In this document: piece after piece, positions 9,816 through 19,643 of the stretch | Layout: every line of letters starts with the position of its first letter | Numbering within the stretch: position 1 is the first letter of the stretch | Assembly (NCBI GenBank): GCA_963729605.1 | Contig: CAVSNY010000006.1 | Coordinates: 128,001 to 192,000, forward strand | Direction: 5' to 3' | DNA length: 64,000 nucleotides | Origin: an uncultured Gammaproteobacteria bacterium | GTDB taxonomy: Bacteria; Pseudomonadota; Gammaproteobacteria; DRLM01 | The notes under the pieces: generated by a model | Told to the model about the DNA's origin: nothing | Database searches by the model: none | What the model saw: only the letters and a program-made list of their open reading frames with translations | Made by a program: the position numbers and the translations under genes

Positions 9816-10469
9816 ATGCCCCGCCTCCCCCGTTTCTTTTACTTCATCGCCGCCGCCTTGATTGCGCTGCGCATCGGCCCCGCCGCCGCGGATCAACCTA
9901 TCGAACTTTTCGACGGCGCGAATCTGCAAGACTGGCAACCCAAGGAATTCAAAGGCCGGACTCAATACAGCCTGGTCACCGCCGACGGCCGCCCCGCCCT
10001 GCTCGCCCGCAGCCGGGCCAGCGCCTCCGGCCTGTTCCGCGAGATCGACATCGATTTGACCAAAACACCCTATCTGCATTGGAGCTGGCGGATCGACAAT
10101 ACCCTCGGCGATCATGACGAGACCACCAAGGGCGGCGACGATTACCCGGCCCGGGTTTACGTGGTGGTGTCGGGTGGGGTATTTTTCTGGCGTACCCGGG
10201 CGGTGAATTACGTGTGGTCCAGCAATCGGCCGGTCGGCAGCACCTGGCCCAACGCCTACACCGGCAACGCCAAAATGATCGCCGTGCGCAGCGGCGACGG
10301 CGAACTCGGCCGCTGGCGGGAGGAACGCCGCAACGTCCGCGAGGATCTGCGCCGGCTGTTCGGCGCCGACATTACCCGCATCCAGGCCGTGGCGGTGATG
10401 ACCGATAGCGACGATACCGGCGGCACGGCCACCGCCTATTACGGCAAGCTGTATTTTTCCGCGGAATGA
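9816..10469 (+). CDS. DUF3047 family exported protein
   Basis: Signal peptide; SASGL, TPYLHWSW, GDDYPARVYVV, AVMTDSD. Confidence 0.85.
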   Translation: MPRLPRFFYFIAAALIALRIGPAAADQPIELFDGANLQDWQPKEFKGRTQYSLVTADGRPALLARSRASASGLFREIDIDLTKTPYLHWSWRIDNTLGDHDETTKGGDDYPARVYVVVSGGVFFWRTRAVNYVWSSNRPVGSTWPNAYTGNAKMIAVRSGDGELGRWREERRNVREDLRRLFGADITRIQAVAVMTDSDDTGGTATAYYGKLYFSAE

Positions 10470-10593
10470 GCCGCGGCATCCGGCCGGTTAAAGGCCGCTC
10501 CGGGAGAAGCCGACAAACAGCAGGCGGCGGGACTCATCAGCCGCCTTTGCTTAGACTACACTTGGAAAAAAGGTCCCGGCCAGAGGAGAGCCT

Positions 10594-10872
10594 ATGAAAA
10601 CCACATATAAGTTCATGGTTATCACCGCGCTTTTCACCGCCTTGGCGGCCCCGCCGACGATGTCCGAAACCGCGACCCAACGCGATACCCGCGCCATCAA
10701 TCTCACCAATTCACCCGAACACGATGAGCCGGCCATACCTGAAAACGTCAACGAGTTTAGCTGCAACAGCGACCTGGCTTATCACTTCGACAAAGAATGC
10801 GCCGCCTTCGACGAGGCGCAAAGCGACGCCGGCAAGGCGCTGTGTTGCCACAGCGTAAGCGTCACCGGCTGA
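10594..10872 (+). CDS. hypothetical small exported Cys-containing protein
   Basis: RBS AGGAGAG; N-terminal signal-like segment; four Cys in the C-terminal third. Confidence 0.6.
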   Translation: MKTTYKFMVITALFTALAAPPTMSETATQRDTRAINLTNSPEHDEPAIPENVNEFSCNSDLAYHFDKECAAFDEAQSDAGKALCCHSVSVTG

Positions 10873-10914
10873 GCCGCACGGGAAGAGGGCAACCCGCTTT
10901 CAAGCGGCGCACCG

Positions 10915-13767
10915 TCAGCGGAGCGGGGACTGCGCAACACTCAACACTTGATGGCCGCGCGCCAAAAAGCGGTTGATCTCCACCAGCGGCAAGGCCTTGC
11001 TGATGAGGAAGCCTTGAATGGCGCCGCAACCCAGCTCACGCAGCAGATTCAATTGCTGCGTCGTCTCGACGCCTTCCGCCACCACATCCACTTGCAGGCT
11101 GCCGGCCATGGCGATGATCGCCGTGACGATCGCCGCGTCGTCTTGATCGGTGATCAAATCGCGGATAAAGGCCCGGTCGATCTTGAGGGTCTTGATGGGA
11201 AAACGTTTCAGATAACTCAGCGACGAATAACCGGTGCCGAAGTCGTCGATCGCCAAACGCACGCCGATCCGATCGAGCGCGATCAGATTATCGGTCGAAA
11301 TCTTGTCGCCTTGCATCAAAATACTTTCGGTAATCTCCATTTCCAACATCTCGGGTTTGAGCCCGGTGGTTTCCAGAATCTTCAGCACTTGGTTACTCAA
11401 GCGCGGATCGCGGAACTGGCGGCCCGATAGGTTGACGGATATCCGCAACGGTTGATGCTGCTGCCAAGTCACCGCCCATTCGCAAGCCTGTTTCAACACC
11501 CACTCCCCCACCGGGATGATCAAACCGGTCTCCTCCAGCAGCGGAATGAATTCCAAGGGGTTCACCAGACCGAGATCCGGATGCTGCCAGCGGATCAGCG
11601 CCTCCGCCCCCATCACCAGGCCCGACGCCAAGTCGATCTGCGGCTGAAAATAGACGCGGAACTCCTCGCGTTCCAAGGCGCGGCGCAAACTGGTTTCCAG
11701 GGTCAGGCGTTCGAAGGCCTTCGAGCTCATGTCGGCGGAGTAGTACTGATAATTGGCGCCGCCGTGATCCTTGGCCCGATACATCGCCACATCGGCGTTC
11801 TTCAATAGAACATGGGCATCGTCGCCGTCTTCGGGATAGACGCTGATCCCGATACTGGGGACGATATACAAGTCATGTCCGCCGATCTGAAAAGGCTGGC
11901 CGAAGGCGGCCAATATCTTGCGCGCCAGCGCCGCCACGCCGTCGAGCGAGGGAATCTCTTCGAGCAGGATGCCGAATTCGTCGCCGCCCAGACGCGCCAC
12001 GGTATCGCCCGCCCCGACCGTTGACGGCAACAGAACGGCGATTTTCTGCAGCAAGTTATCTCCAACTTGATGACCCAGGGTATCGTTGATCACTTTAAAG
12101 CGGTCGAGATCCAGATACATGATGGCCAACCGGTGTTCCTGTCCGCGCCGTCCCTTCAAGGCATGACTGACGCGCTCGATAAACAGCAAACGGTTGGGCA
12201 GATTGGTGAGCAAATCGTTGTAGGCGAGATAATGCAGACGTTCCTGAGTCTGCATGCGGTCGGTGATATCCTTGCCGGTGGCGATGTAATGAGTGATGTT
12301 ATTGGCTCGATCCTTCAAAGGCGAGATGGTTTTTTCCTCGTAATAGATCACACCGTTCTTGCGGCGATTGACCAATACGTCTTGAAATACCCCGCCGCGA
12401 CTGATAGTGCCCCACAACTGGCCGTAAAATCCGGCATCATGTTGCCCGGATTTCATCAGGCTGGGTTTTTTACCGATCGCTTCGCCGCGGGTGTAGCCGG
12501 TCATCACCTCGAAGGCGGGATTCACATACTCGATAATGCCGTTGCGGTCGGTGATCATCACCGCGTCGGCGGCCTGCTCGATGGCGCGCGACAACTTCAC
12601 CGACTGCGCCTCCAACTGGGTGCGCTCCACTATTTCCTGCTCGAGATTTTGATTGGTCAGCGCCAGGCTGCGGGCCAAGGACTCCGCCCGGTGCGATTGC
12701 CGCGACAAGGCGAATAGATAAGCGCCGAGTAAAATTGAAATCAACAAACCGGTCCCCGACACCACCCACGAGCGCCAAATGGGATGACCGGCCCAGAATT
12801 TCGGCGCCGGCGTCATCACCAATTCCCAGGGCTGGTCCGTTATCCCCAGCGACGTCCGCCACATCAACCGCGTGTCTTCATCGGAAAACTCGGCCGGGGA
12901 CGAGGACGCCTCGTCGCGGGAGCGGGACGAATGAAAATAAATACGCTGCCGATCGCCCGGCGTCTTTTCATAATAGACCGCCACATCCAAACCCAGCACC
13001 GCGCTACTCTTGAGCGACTCGTCGATGAAATCATCGACTCGAAACAACTGCAACACAAAACCTTGCAGGGCGGCGCGGCGCTCGAGCAAGGTATTCAAAG
13101 GCACGCCTTTTTGATAAATCGCCCGCGCCAGTAAAATGCCGTATTTCAAGTCTTGTTCGGCGGCCACGGGTATAGGTTGAGACGCCGTCACCTCCCCGGT
13201 GTCGCGCGCCACCTCCAACACCGCGCGATAAGCGGGGTCCATCATCAAATCAAACCCCAGTAAATCGGCGTTGGGCGTTAAGGGTTCCAGATAAACCACC
13301 GGAAAATATTCGGCTCGCTGCCCCACGCTGGTACGGCCCAATTCGCGAAAATGGAAGTCTCGCAAACCTTCCTCCACCGCCTGCCGCTCCACGGCCTGAC
13401 GCTCAGCCGCCGCGACGCGCGGTACCCACATAAACGCTTGTGTATCGTTATGCTGACTCAACAGGCCCTTGGTGAAGAGATGAAATTCCTGGCGATCGAC
13501 TTCCCGCGAGGCGGCATAAAAACCGGTCACGGCGATCGACGAATCCATATGGCGGATCAATTCGCGATGCACGGCGGCGGCATGGGTGGCGGAAAGAAAT
13601 TCGAAATCGGCGCGGATGATCGCCTTCTCCCAATCCCGCACCAGAAAATAAGCGGCGATGGACAACACGACGCCCACGGTCACGATCAGCCACGGGAGAT
13701 AGGCGCGGTGGCGGCGATCGTCGCGGCCAGCGCTCCCATGTAACTTATCCTGCTCCCTTACAGCCAT
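10915..13767 (-). CDS. CHASE-PAS-GGDEF-EAL c-di-GMP enzyme
   Basis: Two TM segments flanking a CHASE-like region (EYFPVVYLEP), PAS (YVNPAF..MTGY), RLGGDEF, AEALIRW, DDFGTGYSSL. Confidence 0.92.
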   Translation of the reverse strand: MAVREQDKLHGSAGRDDRRHRAYLPWLIVTVGVVLSIAAYFLVRDWEKAIIRADFEFLSATHAAAVHRELIRHMDSSIAVTGFYAASREVDRQEFHLFTKGLLSQHNDTQAFMWVPRVAAAERQAVERQAVEEGLRDFHFRELGRTSVGQRAEYFPVVYLEPLTPNADLLGFDLMMDPAYRAVLEVARDTGEVTASQPIPVAAEQDLKYGILLARAIYQKGVPLNTLLERRAALQGFVLQLFRVDDFIDESLKSSAVLGLDVAVYYEKTPGDRQRIYFHSSRSRDEASSSPAEFSDEDTRLMWRTSLGITDQPWELVMTPAPKFWAGHPIWRSWVVSGTGLLISILLGAYLFALSRQSHRAESLARSLALTNQNLEQEIVERTQLEAQSVKLSRAIEQAADAVMITDRNGIIEYVNPAFEVMTGYTRGEAIGKKPSLMKSGQHDAGFYGQLWGTISRGGVFQDVLVNRRKNGVIYYEEKTISPLKDRANNITHYIATGKDITDRMQTQERLHYLAYNDLLTNLPNRLLFIERVSHALKGRRGQEHRLAIMYLDLDRFKVINDTLGHQVGDNLLQKIAVLLPSTVGAGDTVARLGGDEFGILLEEIPSLDGVAALARKILAAFGQPFQIGGHDLYIVPSIGISVYPEDGDDAHVLLKNADVAMYRAKDHGGANYQYYSADMSSKAFERLTLETSLRRALEREEFRVYFQPQIDLASGLVMGAEALIRWQHPDLGLVNPLEFIPLLEETGLIIPVGEWVLKQACEWAVTWQQHQPLRISVNLSGRQFRDPRLSNQVLKILETTGLKPEMLEMEITESILMQGDKISTDNLIALDRIGVRLAIDDFGTGYSSLSYLKRFPIKTLKIDRAFIRDLITDQDDAAIVTAIIAMAGSLQVDVVAEGVETTQQLNLLRELGCGAIQGFLISKALPLVEINRFLARGHQVLSVAQSPLR

Positions 13768-14102
13768 GCTTGCCCTCTCCCAACAGGCATGTGCGTCGTA
13801 CATCCTAAGCATTCTAGGCGTCGGCGCGGGTTTTTCACAATTTTTTACAATAACAACAATAAGAATGAAGTTTTGCTTGCATCATTGTTATGCCAAGAAA
13901 ATATCGACCATAAGTCTCGGCTACTTTACTAAACCATAAGGGAGAGGATTAAACGCGGAGGGATAGCGCCGAACCGCGGGGCGACGCGCGGCCCATATCG
14001 GCATCGGTGGGACATCACCGGACAACCCACAAGCGGCCGGGCGGGGGCGGCATGAATGGTGAATCAGGAGGATTTAAGCGGCACGGTAAAAGAAGGGAAA
14101 TA

Positions 14103-14175
14103 TGGGCCGTGTAAGATTCGAACTTACGACCAACGGATTAAAAGTCCGCTGCTCTACCGGCTGAGCTAACGGCCC
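14103..14175 (-). tRNA. tRNA-Lys (TTT), CCA not encoded
   Basis: Reverse complement GGGCCGTTAGCTCAGCCGGTAGAGCAGCGGACTTTTAATCCG...GTTCGAATC...CGGCCCA; anticodon TTT. Confidence 0.95.
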
Positions 14176-14299
14176 GCAACAAAGGGCGGCATTGTACCCA
14201 CATTAGCGGCTTCGATTCAACGCCTAATCAAAGCCGGTGTTTTTTAACCCGGGGATCAAGGCGCATCCTGCCCCAAACTCGCGAAAGAGGAATGCCGCT

Positions 14300-14455
14300 T
14301 AGAACCCGTCCATGGGCTTGATCCAGGGATGCAGTACAAGGCCGCTCATCATAAAGGCGACCGGAAAGCGCGGCATACATGCGATGCGGTGCGTGAACGC
14401 TTTAGGGCGATTTCAACGCCGCGATGCGCCTTCAGCGAGACCATGACGATTTCTA
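14300..14455. mobile_element. possible ~156-bp MITE
   Basis: Imperfect terminal inverted repeats TAGAACCCGTCCATGG / CCATGACGATTTCTA, TA at both ends, non-coding. Confidence 0.45.
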
Positions 14456-14502
14456 TGACCGGCCGTGAATTAATCCCGCCTGGTTGCCAGTCTGGGTTTT
14501 AT

Positions 14503-15210
14503 CTAGCCGCCGGGCCCGTAATCCGTGGGATCGGCCACCCCCGCCGCGCGGAAACCCGCCTGGCGCAGCCGGCAGGCGTCGCAGCGGCCGCAGGCCCGGC
14601 CTTCCGCGTCAGCTTGGTAACAAGAAACGGTCAAACCGTAATCCACCCCCAGCCGCACCCCCTCGGCGATGATCTCGGCCTTGCTCATCTGAATGAGGGG
14701 GGCGCGCACCGAGCAAGCGGCCCCCTCCGCTCCCGCCTTGGTGGCGAGCTGGGCCAGTCGTTCGAAGGCCGCGATGAAGGCCGGCCGGCAATCGGGATAG
14801 CCCGAATAGTCCACCGCGTTGACGCCGATGAAGATGTCCCGCGCGCCCAGCACCTCGGCCCAGGCCAGGGCCAGAGACAGAAACACCGTATTGCGGGCCG
14901 GTACGTACGTGACGGGGATGCCCTCGCTCGAGGTGTCCGGCACCGCGATGCGAGTATCGGTGAGCGCCGAGCCGCCGATGCCGGCCATATCCAACACCAT
15001 CGTGCGCTGCTCGACGGCGCCCAAGGCGCGGGCGACCCGCGCCGCCGCGATCAATTCGGCGCGATGCCGCTGGCCGTAATCGAAACTCAAGGCGTAACAG
15101 GCGTAACCCGCCGCGCGGGCCATGGCCAGAACGGTGGCGGAGTCCAGCCCGCCCGACACCAACACCACCGCCTTGGGCGCGGCGGCGGCTTGGTCAGCGG
15201 GCGCGTTCAT
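14503..15210 (-). CDS. queC: 7-cyano-7-deazaguanine synthase
   Basis: SGGLDS, YVPARN, GYPDCR, SCY...CGRCDAC. Confidence 0.96.
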   Translation of the reverse strand: MNAPADQAAAAPKAVVLVSGGLDSATVLAMARAAGYACYALSFDYGQRHRAELIAAARVARALGAVEQRTMVLDMAGIGGSALTDTRIAVPDTSSEGIPVTYVPARNTVFLSLALAWAEVLGARDIFIGVNAVDYSGYPDCRPAFIAAFERLAQLATKAGAEGAACSVRAPLIQMSKAEIIAEGVRLGVDYGLTVSCYQADAEGRACGRCDACRLRQAGFRAAGVADPTDYGPGG

Positions 15211-15838
15211 CGCCCCACAGGTATTTATGCAATTGCAATTGAAACCGCACCGGCAGGCGATCGGCCACGATCCAGTCCGCCAACTCGCGGGCCGGCACCT
15301 GCTGATGGCTGGGTGAAAATAAAACTTCGCAACGGGCGGCCAAGCCGTGCTCGCTCATGCATTGCTTGGCCCAGTCATAATCGGCGCGGTCGCAGATCAC
15401 GAATTTGACTTGATCCCGGGCGGTGAGCAGCGGCAGATTCTCGAAACGATTCTTGGTGACCTCCCCCGAGGCGGGCGTCTTGATATCGACCACCTTCACC
15501 ACCCGGGCATCCACCTCGTCCACGGGCAAGGCGCCGCTGGTCTCCAGCGAGACCTCATGGCCGGCGTCGCACAAAGCGGTGAGCAGCGGCAGACAGGCCT
15601 TTTGGGCCAGGGGCTCGCCGCCGGTGACGCACACATAATGCGTTTGAAACGCGGCGACCCGCTCCAGCACCGCCGCGAGAGATTGGTATTCACCGCCGTG
15701 AAAGGCATAGGCGGTATCGCAATACTGGCAACGCAGCGGACAGCCGGTCAGCCGCACGAACACCGTGGGCAGGCCCACGGTGCGGCTCTCCCCTTGCAGT
15801 GAGAGAAAAATCTCGGTGATGCGCAGACGTTGTTCCAC
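15194..15838 (-). CDS. queE: 7-carboxy-7-deazaguanine synthase
   Basis: [16 protein letters not shown] radical SAM motif, [13 protein letters not shown]. Confidence 0.96.
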   Translation of the reverse strand: MEQRLRITEIFLSLQGESRTVGLPTVFVRLTGCPLRCQYCDTAYAFHGGEYQSLAAVLERVAAFQTHYVCVTGGEPLAQKACLPLLTALCDAGHEVSLETSGALPVDEVDARVVKVVDIKTPASGEVTKNRFENLPLLTARDQVKFVICDRADYDWAKQCMSEHGLAARCEVLFSPSHQQVPARELADWIVADRLPVRFQLQLHKYLWGDERAR

Positions 15839-15859
15839 GGAAATACGAAGCGGGGCGGC

Positions 15860-16645
15860 TCAGCGCCCCTTCGCCTTCAAGGCCTGCAAACGCTCATTGG
15901 CCCGCGCCACGGCCGAGTGCTGCGGATAACGCGCCAAAAACTGCTCCAGCGTCTCGCGCGCCTTGGCCCATTCGCCCAGTTCGTAATAACTGAAACCCAG
16001 CTTCAACAAGGCATCCGGCACTTTGGGGCTTTGCGGATACGCGCTGATGACCTTGCCGAACTCGTCCACCGCCTCGCGATAACGGCGGGTCACGTAATTG
16101 GCCTCGCCCAGCCAGTATTGGGCATTGTCCACCAGCTTGCCGTTGGGATGATTGGCGAGCAGGCCGCGGAACAGGGTGATGGCCTCGTCGTAACGGCCCT
16201 CCTTCATTTTGTCGAAGGCCTGCTGATAGGCGGCCTGTTCCTGCTCCGGGGTCGCCGCCGTCATCGCGGCGGGCGCGGCCGCCGGCGCCGCGGCGGGGGC
16301 CGCCACGCTCAGCTGCTGCAACCGCCGGTCGATGTCGAGGTACAAATCCCGCTGCCGCTGCTTGAGGCCGTTGATGTCGTTGGCCTGCACCTCCAATTCA
16401 CCGCGCAGGTTTCGCACCTCCTGTTGCAGCTGTTGAACGCGCTGCAACAGGTCGGTCAACGCCGGTCCTTCCAGCAGGCGTTCCAGCTTGGCCACCCGGG
16501 CCTCCAAGGCCGGGCCGGCATTGGGCTGGGTGGCCGCCACCACCGGCGCGCCGCCGGAGCGGGGCTCCGCCGCCCACACCGGCAGCGCCGCCGCGCAGGC
16601 CGCGCCCAATACCATGCCGCTCAGCACGAGGCGGGACATGCTCAT
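15860..16645 (-). CDS. cpoB: tol-pal system protein CpoB/YbgF
   Basis: Signal peptide, coiled coil, TPR (NAQYWLGE, PDALLKLG); follows pal with ATGA overlap. Confidence 0.93.
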   Translation of the reverse strand: MSMSRLVLSGMVLGAACAAALPVWAAEPRSGGAPVVAATQPNAGPALEARVAKLERLLEGPALTDLLQRVQQLQQEVRNLRGELEVQANDINGLKQRQRDLYLDIDRRLQQLSVAAPAAAPAAAPAAMTAATPEQEQAAYQQAFDKMKEGRYDEAITLFRGLLANHPNGKLVDNAQYWLGEANYVTRRYREAVDEFGKVISAYPQSPKVPDALLKLGFSYYELGEWAKARETLEQFLARYPQHSAVARANERLQALKAKGR

Positions 16646-17211
16646 TGCCCGGTGTAGACGATCTCGACCCGGCGATTCATGCTCCAAGCCGACTCGCCGT
16701 CGCCCAACACCGCAGGACGTTCTTCACCGTAACTCACGCTGGCCAGCTGGCCGGCGGACACGCCGAGCAGGCTCATCATGTCCCTCACCGCGTTGGAACG
16801 GCGTTCGCCCAAGGCGATGTTGTATTCCCGCGAACCGCGCTCGTCGGCATGGCCTTCCAGCGTCACCTTGAGGTTGCCGCGCTGCGCCAGATATTGGGCA
16901 TGGGCCTCGATGGTGGCGCGGTCTTCGGCGCGGATAGTATTGCTGTCGTAATCGAAATAGATCACCCGTTTGGCGAGGGGGCTGGCGGGATCGTTCAAAG
17001 GGTCCATGGTCTGGCTCACCATGCCGCCGCCTTCCGACAACGGCGTGATGCCCGCGCCGCTGCCGGAATCGAAAGGCGAGGTGCTTGCCGTATCCGCCGG
17101 CGGGGTAGCGCCGCCCGTCACCGGCGCGCCTTTTTTCGCGCCGGTGGACCCGCACGCGCTCATCAATACCACCGGCACCAAAATCAAACCGACCTTCAGC
17201 CATTTGTTCAT
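16642..17211 (-). CDS. pal: peptidoglycan-associated lipoprotein
   Basis: Lipobox MSAC; IYFDYD, GHADERGSREYNIALGERR, SYGEERP, NRRVE. Confidence 0.96.
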   Translation of the reverse strand: MNKWLKVGLILVPVVLMSACGSTGAKKGAPVTGGATPPADTASTSPFDSGSGAGITPLSEGGGMVSQTMDPLNDPASPLAKRVIYFDYDSNTIRAEDRATIEAHAQYLAQRGNLKVTLEGHADERGSREYNIALGERRSNAVRDMMSLLGVSAGQLASVSYGEERPAVLGDGESAWSMNRRVEIVYTGQ

Positions 17212-17353
17212 CTGTCTGCGCTCCCAAGCAATTAAAGAATTAAAGTATAAAACCCGAGTAAAACTCACTTACGAAATTCCGTGCCTCATCTCGGGCGACG
17301 CCGCCCGAAAAAGGCCCGGTAAAATTCAATATCCCGCTTACCGAAGCCGGTCA

Positions 17354-18661
17354 CTACTGCCGCATGGGAGACCACACCGGCTCGCGCGCGTCACCTTCGC
17401 GCGCCGAAAAACGCTGTTGCACGCCGCCGTCGACCGACACCGCCGCCAACACCCCGCGCCGGTTCGCGGTCCTGGTCGCGTAGATGATCATCCTACCATT
17501 GGGCGCGAAACTGGGCGACTCATCGAAGCGGCCGTCGGTGAGCACCTTCAAGGCGCCGCTTTGCAGATTCAGCACCGCGATGTGGTCGCCCCTGTTATCG
17601 CGGTTGATCATCGCCAAGGATTTGCCGTCGGCCGAGACCGTGGCCCGCGCATTATAACTGCCTTCGAAGGTGACGCGCTCGGGCCGGCCGCCGGTCGCGG
17701 CCACCCGGTAGATCTGGGTCGAACCGCCGCGATCCGAGGTGAAATAAATCGTCCGCCCGTCCGGCGACCACGCCGGCTCGGTGTCGATGCCGGGGCTGTC
17801 GGTCACCCGCCGCAGCTGCTTGCTGGCGATATCCATGACGTAGATTTCCGGATTGCCGTCCTTGGACAGGGTCAGCGCCAACTCGCGGCCGTTGGGCGAC
17901 CAGGCGGGCGCGCCGTTGATGCCCGCGAACGAGGTCAGCAACTCGCGTTGCCCGGTCAGCAGATTTTGCAGATAAATCTGCGAACGCTTGTTCTCGAAAG
18001 TGACATAGGCCAAGCGGTTGCCGTCCGCCGACCAGGACGGCGACATCAGCGGCTGCTTGGAATGGACCACGGCCTTGGGATCGTAGCCGTCGGCGTCGGA
18101 CACCTCCAGCGCGTAACGCCGGCTGCCGTCGGCGAGCTGCGCCACCGTCACGTAGGCGATGCGGGTATTGAAGGCGCCCGGTTCGCCGGTGAGGGTTTCA
18201 TAAATGATATCGGCGATCTGATGGGCGGCGCGGCGCAGGCCGTCGGCGTCGCTGCGCACGCTGTAGCCCGCCAACTGCACGCCGCGGAACACGTCGAACA
18301 ATTGGAACTGCACGGTGTAGCCCGCGCCGGTCCGATTGACCCGGCCGATCACCAGACTCTCCACGTTGACCAGCCGCCAATCGCGGAAATTCACCTGCGC
18401 GGTTTCCGACGGGCGCGACAACATGTCCTGCCGCGGCAAGGGCGCGAAGCGGCCGCTGCGTTTCAGGTCGGCGGCCACCACCTCCGCCACGTCCACCGGC
18501 AACAGCGGATCACCGCCCACCGCGAAGGGCACGACGGCGATGGGCAACGCGGTGTCCACGCCTTTGGTGATTTCGATGGTCAGCGCGGCGCGGGCATTAG
18601 CACTCAGCACCAGCATGCAAACCACGCCCATGATCGATATGACGCGCGTTATCGGTCTCAA
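17354..18661 (-). CDS. tolB: TolB
   Basis: LPIAVVPF, FNTRIAYV, PD40 repeats (PAWSPDG). Confidence 0.96.
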   Translation of the reverse strand: MRPITRVISIMGVVCMLVLSANARAALTIEITKGVDTALPIAVVPFAVGGDPLLPVDVAEVVAADLKRSGRFAPLPRQDMLSRPSETAQVNFRDWRLVNVESLVIGRVNRTGAGYTVQFQLFDVFRGVQLAGYSVRSDADGLRRAAHQIADIIYETLTGEPGAFNTRIAYVTVAQLADGSRRYALEVSDADGYDPKAVVHSKQPLMSPSWSADGNRLAYVTFENKRSQIYLQNLLTGQRELLTSFAGINGAPAWSPNGRELALTLSKDGNPEIYVMDIASKQLRRVTDSPGIDTEPAWSPDGRTIYFTSDRGGSTQIYRVAATGGRPERVTFEGSYNARATVSADGKSLAMINRDNRGDHIAVLNLQSGALKVLTDGRFDESPSFAPNGRMIIYATRTANRRGVLAAVSVDGGVQQRFSAREGDAREPVWSPMRQ

Positions 18662-18663
18662 TT

Positions 18664-19605
18664 TTAACCCTCCGGCTTAAACACAAATCGCAGTTGACGG
18701 AATTGATCGAACAAACTCGGATCGGACGGCATGGGCAAGGGCGACGCCTTCAGCACCGCGGCCTCCACCGAGCGATCGAACATCGCGTCGCCGCTGCTCC
18801 TCACCACCCGCGCCTCGACCACCTCGCCGCCCGGAATCAATCGCACGAACACTTCGCAGGACATGCCGGCGCGGGCGCTGGGCGGACGTATCCAATTACG
18901 CGCCACCTTTTGCCGAATGATCGCCACCTGCTGATCAATGGCCGATTGCGACAGCCGCCCTTGCTGCTCCTCGGCCAATTGCCGCTGCAAAGCCTCTTCC
19001 GCCTCGCGCTGCCGCCGCGCCTCCTCGGCTTTACGCTTGGCGTCGGCCTCGGCCTGGCGTTTCGCCTCGATCGCCGCCTTGCGCTTGGCCTCCTCTTCCG
19101 CCTTGCGCTTGGCCTCGGCTTCGGATTGACGTTTCGCGTCGGCCTCGGCCTTGCGCTGCTGCTCGATTGCCATTTTACGTTTGGCCTCGGCCTCGGCCAA
19201 CCGCTGCTGTTCCGCTTGATGCTTTTTCGCCTGCGCCGCTTGCGCCGCCTGCTCGGCCTTGAGCTGCTCTTGCCGCTGCTGCTCCGCCGCTTGCCGTTGT
19301 TGGCGTTCCGCCGCCTCGGCCTGGCGTTGTTGTTCCGCGAGACGCTGTTGTTCCGCCTCGCGCCGGCGGCGTTCCTCGTCGGCGACGGCCTTCAAGCGCG
19401 CGGCCTCTTCGTCCTGCTTGCGCTGTTTTTCCGCGCGCAGCTTGCTTTCGTCGATCACCACTGCCTGCACGATCTCTTCACTGCCTTGCAATTTGGGGGG
19501 GTTGTCCACCCATTCCACGCTGGCCACCAGCAACAGGACTAGCACCACGTGCACTAACAGCGCGAACAGCAAGGCGCGCGGATGACTTAACAGGTCTTTC
19601 AGCAT
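18664..19605 (-). CDS. tolA: TolA
   Basis: N-terminal TM with His, Ala/Lys/Glu-rich helical linker, C-terminal NWIRP..SSGD..FDRS domain. Confidence 0.93.
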   Translation of the reverse strand: MLKDLLSHPRALLFALLVHVVLVLLLVASVEWVDNPPKLQGSEEIVQAVVIDESKLRAEKQRKQDEEAARLKAVADEERRRREAEQQRLAEQQRQAEAAERQQRQAAEQQRQEQLKAEQAAQAAQAKKHQAEQQRLAEAEAKRKMAIEQQRKAEADAKRQSEAEAKRKAEEEAKRKAAIEAKRQAEADAKRKAEEARRQREAEEALQRQLAEEQQGRLSQSAIDQQVAIIRQKVARNWIRPPSARAGMSCEVFVRLIPGGEVVEARVVRSSGDAMFDRSVEAAVLKASPLPMPSDPSLFDQFRQLRFVFKPEG

Positions 19606-19643
19606 GATGGCGTTATTCGTTCACCGTTCATCGTCGCCCGGCC

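Noticed and set aside
14503-15838. queC/queE as a 7-deazaguanine DNA-modification (dpd) defence system
   Set aside because: They occupy the usual housekeeping position after tol-pal/cpoB, with no dpdA or related genes
18960-19440. Repetitive GCCTCGGC-rich tract
   Set aside because: It is the normal Ala/Lys/Glu-rich TolA linker
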